Shown: piece by piece, positions 1-11,729 of the stretch
Position numbering within the stretch: position 1 is the stretch's first letter
How the letters are laid out: each line of letters begins with the position of its first letter
From: Octopus vulgaris
Taxonomy: Eukaryota
NCBI GenBank assembly: GCA_951406725.2
Contig: OX597830.1
Location: forward strand, 24,862,001-24,926,000
Direction of reading: 5' to 3'
Length of the DNA: 64,000 bases
Made by a program: the position numbers and the translations under genes
The notes under the pieces: model-generated
Database searches by the model: none
The model's input: the letters and a program-made list of their open reading frames with translations, nothing else
Told to the model about the DNA's origin: nothing

Positions 1-1629
1 CTGCTATATAAGCCAGTGTGGGGGTAGGGACAAAACAATGCCGTCTTCAGGCATGGCACACTGGGTAGTTACCCAGGATCCCACAAGTCTTGAGGCCTAA
101 TTCTGATCTAACTATGCTTTGCTTAGCTGTCAATAAATAAATAAATATTATAGAGCTCAGTATATTGATTTGCCTAGGGGCCTACAATACTGCTGAGATG
201 GATCTGGGACAAAACCAAGGGCTGCCTCTGGTTGTAGCACTGAGTTCACCCCGAATGAAAACACACAAAAATACTTCCCATGTAGGATAATGTTGCTAAT
301 AAGAAATTCATTATCATCTCAGAGGCTTGGGGTTCATTTCTACTGCATGGCACCTTGGACAAGTGCCTCTTATTATAGGCATATGGGCTTTATTATAGGC
401 CCAGGGTTCAGTGACACATGGTAGACAGGAACAATGTTGGAGACTGTTGGAAGACTCTTTATATTCTTGAAGAATAAATCTCATCCATTGTCTGGATTTA
501 GTACCCACCACATGGCCATTGGATGCCATGAACAGTCTGTTGTAAACCTTTAGGCCAGATCTTTTGTAAGAAAATAAGTTTCTCGCATCTGCGTGGAAAC
601 CTTAAGAAAAGGGGGCCCTAAGTACAGCCCTTTTTTCTCCATCTGACTGAGCCTTTGAAAAGAAAAAAACAAAAATAAAGTTGTCCTATCTTCAGTCAAA
701 AATTAATTGCATTCGTCCTGTTTTGTCAAATTCACATCATAATACACCAAATATGCTAGAAATAGCAGCCAAATTTCCCTCATATTACAAGCTACTGTCT
801 TACAAAAACAGGAAGTGTATATAGTCCTAATTATGACATTTTGACTGTAAAAAAATTGGATAGTCATGGTTAGAATGTTTTTGATTATAGTTCTGCTTGA
901 TTAGGGTTGAACAGAGCCTAAACAACAGCAACACTATGAAACATATGTCTTCATTTGCCAGACCATTATTGTAGAATTTCCTGCCTCCCTTCAACTGTGT
1001 TCCTGCCAAGCTATAATGTACAATACTTCTAGTTCTCTGCAATAATTCCTCACCAATTTTAATTATGCAGATCTGTGAGATTTCTCTTAAGTAACAGACA
1101 TTGTTTCCTCATCTCCATAGCATTAACATGAAGTACTAAAAGGGGATATTTCTTATCTTTTTACATGTCTCAAGTCATTGGATTGTGGCCATACTGGAGC
1201 ACTACTTTGTAGAATTCAGTCGGACAAATTGACCTCAATACTTTTATTTTTTAAAGTTTGTTACTTATTCTGTCAGTCCTATTTTGCTGAACCACCAAGT
1301 CACAAGGATGTAAACAAACCAACATCGGTTCTCAAGCAGTGACAGGGACAAACACAAAGCCATACACACATATATACGTGATGGGTTTCTATACAGTTTC
1401 TGTCTGTCAAATTCACTCACAAAGAATTGGTCAACTTCAGGCTATAATAGAAGACACTAGCTCAGGAGCTGTGCAGTAAGACTGAACCCAAATCTGTGAT
1501 TGTAAAACAAGCTTCTGAACCACACAGCCATGCCTGTGTATACAGAAATTCAAACCATAATATAATCACCAAAAGTAAGGAGACATCCTAAAGCTGTTTT
1601 TTTCAAGAAATTTTTTGGGTGGCTGCTCT

Positions 1630-2045
1630 ACCCTTTCCACCTCAAATTTTCTTTACGAGTAAATGTTGTTGAGCAGGTCCAGGGGAACGTCTCCCTTCCA
1701 CACGTGGTGGGATATTTGGTGCTCAAACGTGAACTTGGGCAAACTAGGGCAATGCACAAAAGTCAGGCAGTAACACATAACGATGATGGTGTAAGCATTG
1801 ACTGGTCCTTACTACACAAACTCTGCATATGGCCACAATGCTCTGTCCCATTGACGTAGGTGACTGGAACCTGGGGGAATTTCCATGAGTTTGAGTATGG
1901 ATCCGATCGTCTCTTAGTTGCCAGACGTGGCTGGCCAGCAATGTTACGTATCTCTTTTCTGGAACTCTGAAAGACGACCTCTGGTTGGCGAGGTGCTGCG
2001 TGAATGAGCTCGTATTGAAACAAACAGTAAATGCCTTGTTCTGAT
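1630..2045 (-). pseudogene. Degenerate Naiad-like PLE GIY-YIG endonuclease and 3' fragment
   Basis: Reverse translation SSFTQHLANQRSSFRVPEKRYVTLLASHVWQLRD, homologous to the fragment at 63682-63845. Confidence 0.65.
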
Positions 2046-2112
2046 AAATTATTTTGATTTTTACATCCTCTCACTCTCAATAAAATCGTTCTGTTTTATT
2101 TAATACTTTCAG

Positions 2113-2234
2113 AAAGCCATGGTGTGACTCAGAGAAATTTCCTGTCACTATCATTACGAGAGCAATTGAAGAGAATCATTGTGGATACAGCTAAAGAATG
2201 GCCAACTTATTTCTGCAGGCTCTACCCTGCAGCG
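2113..2234 (+). CDS. MYO15: MYO15 exon (window exon 1): SHGVTQRNFLSLSLREQLKRIIVDTAKEWPTYFCRLYPAA
   Basis: tttcag acceptor, gcg|gtatgt donor; W.xYF.RL.P motif of Myo15. Confidence 0.85.
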
Positions 2235-5200
2235 GTATGTACAACCAACTAAATGCTGTTATACTGAAGATGTTTTCACAAAGAATAGAGATATATTTTA
2301 AAAATTCTAATAAGTTAACAATGTTATTGTAAATCAGTGGTTTTCAACCAGTGTCTATATGGCCCTTGGTTGTCTATATGGCATTGGAGGCCCATAAGAT
2401 ATTTTGTTCTTAAACTTTATCTCCAATAAATTGGTTATATTTCTATAATACATAAAATGATAAAAAAAAACACTTTTTTATACAGTTCCTAGTAATATTT
2501 AATCATAAAAATATAATAGAATTTTTAGACACCAAATATTTATGAGGGTAAAAAAAAATAAAGGTAAAGCAACCATCTCAAATTACACTGATTCATAAGG
2601 GCTGGTTTTCTGGTTTCATGGCATAAATATTCCCCACCTGGATAGGATGGCAGTGTATCCCAGGGTTGCTCAATTTTGCCAGCTGAGTGGACTGGAGCAA
2701 CGTGAAATGAAGTGTTTTGCTCAAGAACACAACACATTGCCCGGTCAAGATTGTGGTTTCGATTCCTTGAATCCTGTGCATTTCAAAAGAAATATAAATA
2801 ATAAAAACATTATGAGGAACATCAAACTCACTGCAGATTGAGACAATAGCAAAAATTAAATTTAAAAAATATATTTAAAAAACATTAAACTAATAACTAT
2901 ACTTCCTTCATTTTTTTAGTGCCCTAGTAGCTATGCAAGTGTGAAGTACATTGGAGTGAGTCACAGTGGAGTTTACATGGTGTCTCGAGAACAGTCATTC
3001 CTAGATGACCAGCTGAGTGTTGTTGAAGCCTTTAAGTAAGTAATTTTTTAAAAACTCATTATATTTATATAAAAAGATAATTTATTGATTGGAAACTGAA
3101 GATAACATTTATGGATCACAACGTCTTGCTTTCATATTTAATTTTTATACAGGATATATGAGATTAGCCAATATATATTTCTTTACTACCCACAAGGGGC
3201 TAAACACAGAGGGGACAAACAAGGACAGACAAACAGATTAAGTCGATTATATCGACCCCAGTGCATAACTGGTACTTAATTTATTGACCCTGAAAGGATG
3301 AAAGGCAAAGTCGACCTCAGTGGAATTTGAACTCAGAATGTAACGGCAGACGAAATACGGCTACGCATTTCACCTGGTGTGCTAATGCTTCTGCCAGCTC
3401 GCCGCCTTAGCCAATATAGTAAATCTCACACATCCAGCTGGGTACAAACCTGAATCACAGTGGGGCAGGGGACTAAAGACATTCACCATATTAAGAAACT
3501 GTAAAGGGGGTCAAACTAGTTGTGGGGGCTCCATCAAAAGCCTTAATCAATTCTATGAGATGGATTTAATGTTGTGTCTTGATTATTTGTAGGTTTGAAG
3601 ATATTGTGGAAGTTGTGCTTCGTTCCAATAACATTGTTCAGTTGACATTGCGTCAGAAAGGCATTCTCCTTTATACCAAATGGGTAGGTGTTGTTTTTTC
3701 AATTTCCCCTCCTGCTTATTGTGCAGTGCTTCTATGATATATGTCCCTTTTTGATAACAACTCATCTAAGATTACATTTGTTTCTATGATACAAAACTTC
3801 TTAACTAAATTTGTCTTTATTTGAATAATAAATCTATGTAACCCACTTCTTTTGCAATGTTCCAAAATGTAGATAAATAATGGCAAAGTTATTTTACTAA
3901 TTTGTTAAAAAATTCTTGATTATCTTCCAAATGAATTCAAAATAAAAAAAAAAAGGAAAACAGGCAATGTATTTCAAAAGAAATATGGTAATGAAAGAGT
4001 TAATTAAAATCAATGTGTTAATTAAGTTGCAATGATGTAATGATAGTCAATTATTAATTTTCTAACAATAATTAGTTTTATTGATAACCTTATTTCTCAT
4101 AACCACCAAGTATTGCTTCTGTTAGGTCATGTTGCTAATGCTTTGTTTAATTCTGAATCTGTGCAGTCTCGTTGCTAACACTACAGTGTTACTATTGCCA
4201 AAATAAACTCAGTTGACATGACATCATGTTTCTGGCATCTACATCAATATTCGCTTGACTTGGTGGTGAACATGGTTATCCTCCACCCTACTCTTCATCA
4301 AGCTCTGATCAAGACAGGCCTGTGTTTAAAAACAACCTCACCATAATCAACCCGCCTCTTCATATACTATTTCGGCTATTATGTCATCTCATCTCTTTTT
4401 AAGATCTGAGAGAAACTCAGCTGCTATTTCTAGCAGATCTATCAACTAGGTAGATGCTTTGTTGATGTATTTCCAACCCATACACTTAACATAAATAAAT
4501 TACCCACACCATTTTATTGTTAAACTTACTGGTATTGAATGTCACACTGGTCTTTTGAAATGATACTAATATTACACACTGTTAATTCCGCTGTCATACA
4601 CTTTTTATTGTTAATTGGTATTTAACCATGGAATAGTGGCCATGCTGGAGCACGATCATCAATGGCTTAGTCAGTCATATCAATCCCAGTATTTACATCA
4701 GTCTGGTATTTAGTTTATTAATCTGTGCTTGTTGGATAACTAAATTAGCTTTTCGACACAAAACCAGTAAACTCCGTCGTAAACACACACACACACACAT
4801 AAACTTATTTATGTAAGAATCTATTCAGCAAAGTTCCAAACAGCAGCTTTAGAATCACAAAGTCAGTTATTTTACTAATTTGTTGCAAATTCTTGATAAT
4901 CTTCCAAATGAATTAAAACACACACACACACACACACGTGGGTGTGAGTGTATTCGTTTACTTGTTTCAGTCATTTGACTGTGGCCATGCTGGAGTACCA
5001 CCTTTAGACAAGCAAATTGACTGCAAAACTTATTCTTTGTAAGCCTAGTACTTATTCTATCAGTCTCTTTTGCTGAACCGCTAAGTTACAGGGACATAAA
5101 CACACCAGCATCGGTTGTCAAGCAGACACACAAACATACATATATATATATATCACGTGAACACGTGACCGACCAGTCCATCAGATGTAGTTACACATCG

Positions 5201-5270
5201 CTGGTCACAATGCGTTCGCATTGTTTTTTTAGCCTTCGAATGACGCCACCCCGCTGGCTAAGCGAGCAGG

Positions 5271-5308
<38 letters not shown>

Positions 5309-8300
5309 ATAGGATTAGCTCGTATACGAGTAGGTATATATTTGTAAAAATTGAAGTTCGAAAATGCTGCTGTATTATACAATTTTTAATTTTTATATAT
5401 ACATTATAACATGTTTCAGTTCCTGAAATGAACCTTATCAAAAAAAGTTATATATAAAAAAAAAGACAGCTCATGCCGTCAAACACAAGAAATTCATTTA
5501 TAATACACAACGGAGTCAGACATCTTAGAGTTCATGTATAGTTGATATATAGTTCATGTATAGTTGATATATAGTTTGAAGTATATGTTCAAAGTGTTCG
5601 ATGCAGTGGCCCACGGTGGCGATACGTATTCAATACAAAAAACAGATCAAAGTGGTGGAAAGCGGTCAATACAGAAGATTGATGTTTCCGATTGGTATGT
5701 GTTGATTAATGTCCTAAGGACACATACCAACACATACCAAGAAGGACTCACGAACAAGGAGTATGAATACATCACTAACTTCAAATGCAAATCGAGTTTG
5801 TTCTATGGTATCCCTAAGGTACACAAAAGCCAAACCATTAGAGAAACGTGCAAAACATCCACCGACACACTCATCAAAATCCCTTCACCAAATGATCTTA
5901 AACTAAGACCGATAATAGCAGGGCCAGCATGTGAAACTCACCGCCTCAGCAATTTCTTAGACACACTTCTTAAACCTTTCCTAAAACACATCAAAAGCTA
6001 CGTAAGAGACGATATAGATATGCTCAACCACCTCCCTAAAACAGTCAATGAGAAAACCCTTCTAGTATCATTCGACGTAGTTAATCTTTATTCTAACATC
6101 CCTCACAACCTAGGAATAGAAGCGATCACCTTCTGGCTGAATAACTACCCCTTTGAACTCCCAACTCGCATAAACAAAGACCTTATAATAGAAGGACTTA
6201 GATTCATTTTAGAGAACAATTATTTTATTTTTGACAATGATTTCTACAGGCAAAGATCGGGAACAGCGATGGGCACGCATACTGCACCATCTTTTGCCAA
6301 CCTAGTGATGGGATACCTCGAGAAAATACTATACCGGATGACACTCGACAAATATGGAAACACCTTCGCCACCTATATCCATAACAACTGGAAAAGATAC
6401 CTCGATGACTGTTTCATCATCTGGGACAAAGGTATAGAGAAACTTGAGGAATTTAAAATACTATTAAATGGAATAAATGACAATATACAATTCACGATGG
6501 ACCACAACGAAAAAGAATTACCATTTTTAGACATCCTCATTAAGAAAACCGGCAACAAAATAGAGACAGATATCTACTATAAACCGACAGACTCTAAACA
6601 GTACCTACCCTTTGATTCATGCCACCCACGACACACTAGAATGAATGTCCCTTTTTGTTTAGCTAGAAGGATTTGCACCATAATATCAGACACAAACACC
6701 CGACACACACGTCTCCAGGAACTTAGAACCACACTCACAAATAGAAACTATCCACAGCCCCTAATAGACAGTGCAATCCAACGGGTACTTAAATTAAGTA
6801 TAGAAGACCTGAGACAAACAAAACCAAAAAAGAAAGAACAATTAAAAACCCTTCCCTACATCTCTACACACAACCCACTCAACAATGAGGCCTTCAACAC
6901 CATACTACAAAGCACAGCCCTACTAAAGGGAGACCCAAAGATGAACCGGATCCTCGAAACACACACCATCATTAAAAGTAAACGGCAACCAAAATCCTTG
7001 AAAAGGATTTTAACCCAAGCTACACTGCACTCAACATCAACCACAAAACCAGCAGTTAGAAAATGTGGAAGGCCCAACTGCGGAATCTGTGTCATCTTGA
7101 AAGAAGGATCAGAATTTATACTGGAACAAGGCCACCAGTTCACCATTAGAACAAACTTCACCTGCGCATCAGAAAACTTAATTTACGTCATAACATGTGC
7201 AGGCTGCAATAGGCAGTATATAGGCCATACAAAAAATAGCTTACATAACAGGATGGCGGTGCATAAATCACAAATTAGAAACCCTGATTACCGCAAAATA
7301 CCGGTCAGCAGACACATAGATAGATGTGCTGGAAATGTAAATCCGAAATTTACAACTAACCTGCTCTATAAATTCAGTGACAACGCAACCTTCACACAAC
7401 GCCAAAATAAAGAACTATATTTCATAAAAAAATTTAGACCAAGTTTAAACACCCTGGGCCAAGAATACTAAAACAAAAGATAAGTCCTCCGAAAAGGAGA
7501 AACAAAATTCCACCACAGCCGCTACTTTAAACAGACACTCGCTCTGATGGAAATATGCCTTAGTAAAAAAGGAAAAAAATTCTTTTGTGCAAATCTGACC
7601 CTGATACATACGATACAGCTAAGGGTCAGACCCGATTCTGATTGGTCAACAAGTTGATGACGTCTAGCTCTGTTAGAATGGACAGGATACAAACAGGGGA
7701 CAGTCATTAGTCAGAATATTGATGACGTCCTTTTCTGCTTGACTAGTCACCTAACAAGTACAGACAGGGGGCAGATCTAATGTAGCTATAAGTCATGATT
7801 GGGCAGAATCTGGATGACGTCCCATTCTGCTTGACTGATCAAAACAGGAAACAAACAAGAGGAAGTTATAATGCAGCGATTGGTCAAAATAATGATGACG
7901 TCCCGTTCTGCTTGACTAAAGCCACCTAATGAAAGGATTGGTCAAAACGTTGATGACATCATGCTACACTGGATTGTCCACCTAACAAGCATTATAAAAC
8001 CGAGCACTTCACAAAACCCACTAGAACCACCCAGCGAACATCCACCATGGGTCATCACAATTGCTTAAGGTAAAAATGAATTCCTCGCTCTTTCGGAAAC
8101 ATCAATCTTCTGTATTGACCGCTTTCCACCACTTTGATCTGTTTTTTGTATTGAATACGTATCGCCACCATAGGCCACTGCATCGAACACTTTGAACATA
8201 TACTTCAAACTATATATCAACTATACAATGAACTCTAAGATGTCTGACTCCGTTGTGTATTATAAATGAATTTCTTGTGTTTGACGGCATGAGCTGTCTT

Positions 8301-8605
8301 TTTTTTTATATATAACTTTTTTTGATAAGGTTCATTTCAGGAACTGAAACATGTTATAATGTATATATAAAAATTAAAAATTGTATAATACAGCAGCATT
8401 TTAGAACTTCATTTTTTACAAATATATATATATATATATATATATACGATGGGTTTCTTTCAGTTTCCATCTACCAAATCCTATCACAAGGCTTTGGTCA
8501 GCCCAAGGCTATAGTAGAAAACACTTGCCCAAGCTGCCACACGGTGAGACTGAACCCAGAAACATGTGGTTAGTAAGCAAGCTACTTACCACACAGCCAC
8601 TCCAG

Positions 8606-8654
<49 letters not shown>

Positions 8655-11600
8655 ATTATCTTTTACTTGCTTCAGTCATTGGACAGCAGCCATGCTGGAG
8701 CACTGCCTTGAAGAATTTTAATCAAATGAATCAACCCCAGTACATTTTTTAAAACCTGATTCTTATTCTATCAGTCTCTTTTGCTGAACCACTAAGTTAC
8801 AGGGCTGTAAATGCACCAACATTGATTGTCAAGTGATGGTAGGGACAAACACAGATACATACATACAAACATATATATATGACAGACATCTTTCAGTTTC
8901 CGTCTACCAAATCCACTCACAAGGCTTTGGTCAGCCCAAGGCTATAGTAGAAGACACTAGCTGAAGCTGCCATGCAATGGGAATGAACCCAGAACGATAT
9001 GGTTGGGAAGCAAGCATCTTACCACACTGCCTCATCATTATCTTAATGCCCCCTTTTCCATGCTTGCATGGGTCAGATGGAATTTACTGAAGCAGATTCT
9101 TTGTTTGTTTCCAAAGATGGTAATATTTCTCCATGGCCTGACATGTTTCCAGAGAAGCTTAGGTTTAATAACGAATCCATTTATGAAACTACCAAACATA
9201 TATCCAATAACAGTGCTAACCTCAAGTGATGTCTCGCATCCTCTCTTTGTTGTCTTTAATAAACAAACACCTTTCATTTCATGTTTCGATATTTCAGGAT
9301 AAAGAATTAAAAACAATGATTGATGACTACAGCCATGAAAATGAAGGGGTAAGTGTAAGCTCCTGGAACATTCTTTCTTTGAGTGGACATGCTTAAATGA
9401 AGGTGACAGTCATGTGTGTCTCCCATGCTGTATGTGTTTTAGTTTCAACTCATGGTCTGGCAAGAACGCCTCCGATATTCATGTAACTTTTCCCAGAATA
9501 GAGGACTGTCACAGCCTCTTTACATGGCCTGTTTCTCACTTTTAACCCTTTCATTACTAACCCGGCTGAACCCACCTCTGGCTCTGTAGTACAAATATCT
9601 GGTTTTCAAAAGTTCTGAATTAAAATCTTCCACCAAACCTCAGTCACAATTTATGTTCCTAAAACTAGCTTAATGATAACTAAGTTATTTTACTAAATTC
9701 TTTCATCATCATCATTTAATGTCTGTTGTCCATGCTGGTATGGGTTGGACAGTTTGACTGGGCTGGCATGCTGGAAGGCTGCACCAGACTCCAGTCTGAT
9801 TTGGCATGGTTTTCTACAGCTGGATGCCCTTCCTAACACCAACCACTCTGAGAGTGTAATGGGTGCTTTTACATGCCACCGGCACAGATACCATTTTGCG
9901 TGACACTGGAGTGCTTTTATGTACCACCAGCACAGGTGCAAAATTTCTATGACACTTTGTTATATTGAAAATTGATTGAAAGAAACACGGAGCATCTCAA
10001 CAGAAATATAGTAACAAAAGGGTTAAGAAATGGTTTTTATTGTGAAGGTTTTTATTGTAATAAATGTTATATGGAAACTTCAACTCCAGCGTGTATTTTT
10101 GATTATTTCAAAGATAATCATGAAGGCGTGTAGATTAGTTGTTAGGGGTGTTCAGCTCATGATCGTAAGATTGTGAGTTCAATTTTCAGTGGTACATTGT
10201 GTCATTGTGCAAGGCACTTTATTTTGCATTGCTCCAGTCCACTCAGCTGGCAAAAGTGAGTTGAACCTGTATTTCAAAAAAGTCGGCCTTGTCACACTGA
10301 ATCTACCTGAGAACTACGTTAAGGCTTCACATGTCTGTGGAGCGCTCAGCCACTTGCACTTTAATTTCACAGGCTGGCTGTTCCATTGATCAGTTCAAAT
10401 TGAACACTTGTCGTTGTAGCTGACAGAATGATAGTACCAAAAATAACTGAATATGTGACCCATTTTACAATCCATAGTATATGTATACATTAGTCCTGTA
10501 TCTATAAATATATATATTTGTGCTAGTATGTGTGTATGATTTGTACATACATGTCTTTGATCGTGTGCATAATGTTTCTTCATGTTAAACACAGGATGAT
10601 AACACTTAAAGACTTGTCCCCACTGTTTTTATTTTCTTTTCAGGGCAGCAAGTTTGCCTTTGCTTTAAAAGACTACATTGTTGATCAACCGACCCTGCTG
10701 TCCTTTAAAAGTAAAGATGTCATCAAATTGATGGATGCTGGTGAGCCACTTGATGAAGGTTAGTTTTCAATGTTAACATCAATCAAGGGGATGGGTTATC
10801 ATAATCAGTAAATATTTCATGAATCTCTCTCCAATAAATCATTCTGCCCAAAACACCAGGCTTGTCTTTTTCCTCATAGCAAGATAATTTATTTCACTTT
10901 ACAAACGTTTTACACCTACTATTTTATCAATACAAATCATCACTAGATTCAGTGCATTACACACACACACATATATATCATCATCATCATCATCATCGTT
11001 TAACATCCGCTTTCCATGCTAGCATGGTTTGGATTATTTGACTGAGGACTGGCGAATCAGATGGCTGCACCAGACTCCAATCTGATCTGGCAGAGTTTCT
11101 ACAGCTGGATGCCTTTCCTAACGCCAATCACTCCGAGAGTGTAGTGGATGCTTTTATGTGCCTCCGGCACGAGGGCCAGTTAGGCGGTACTGGCAATGGC
11201 CACGCTCAAATGGTATTTTTTACATGCCATCTGCACAGTAGCCTGTCCAACGGCACTGGCAACGACTTCGCTCAAATATACACACACACATATAGATTCA
11301 AAATAACAAAAGAACATTCTGTTCCCCATTCAACTCCAGATTTTTTTCAACTACCTCATATATATATATAAAAGGTATGAATTTTCTGTAAAGATATCAT
11401 TCCTGATAATTTATCTGAAATGAGATGAAAGCGCTAAATAAATAGTTACCCAAAATTCTGACTAACTCATTTTTCTTAATATATAAAATCTGTACACCAC
11501 TTCAAACAATGTACATACACATGCGTATATGTGTGGTATATGTATATGATATCTATATATAACGTACTGATCCATGACAGAAAATTCAACAAAAAAAAGT

Positions 11601-11673
11601 ACTCCATCTGGTGAGAGATAAATGTTATTTATTTAAAGGTCACAATACATTTTCACATTTATGTGCTTACTCT

Positions 11674-11729
<56 letters not shown>

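Larger units (their letters stand above)
5304..8428 (+). mobile_element. Penelope-like retroelement (Neptune-type), 5'-truncated, with inverted pseudo-LTRs, inserted in a (TA)n microsatellite inside a SINE
   Basis: 5335-5691 is the near-perfect reverse complement of 8093-8428; about 31 nt of extra tail at 5304-5334; (TA)n on both sides; the host SINE is split between about 4955-5140 and 8447-8603. Confidence 0.93.

Noticed and set aside
5564-5727. N-terminus of the 635-aa ORF as a real protein start
   Set aside because: It starts at TTG and is read-through of the inverted pLTR and junction; RT-like sequence begins near 5728.
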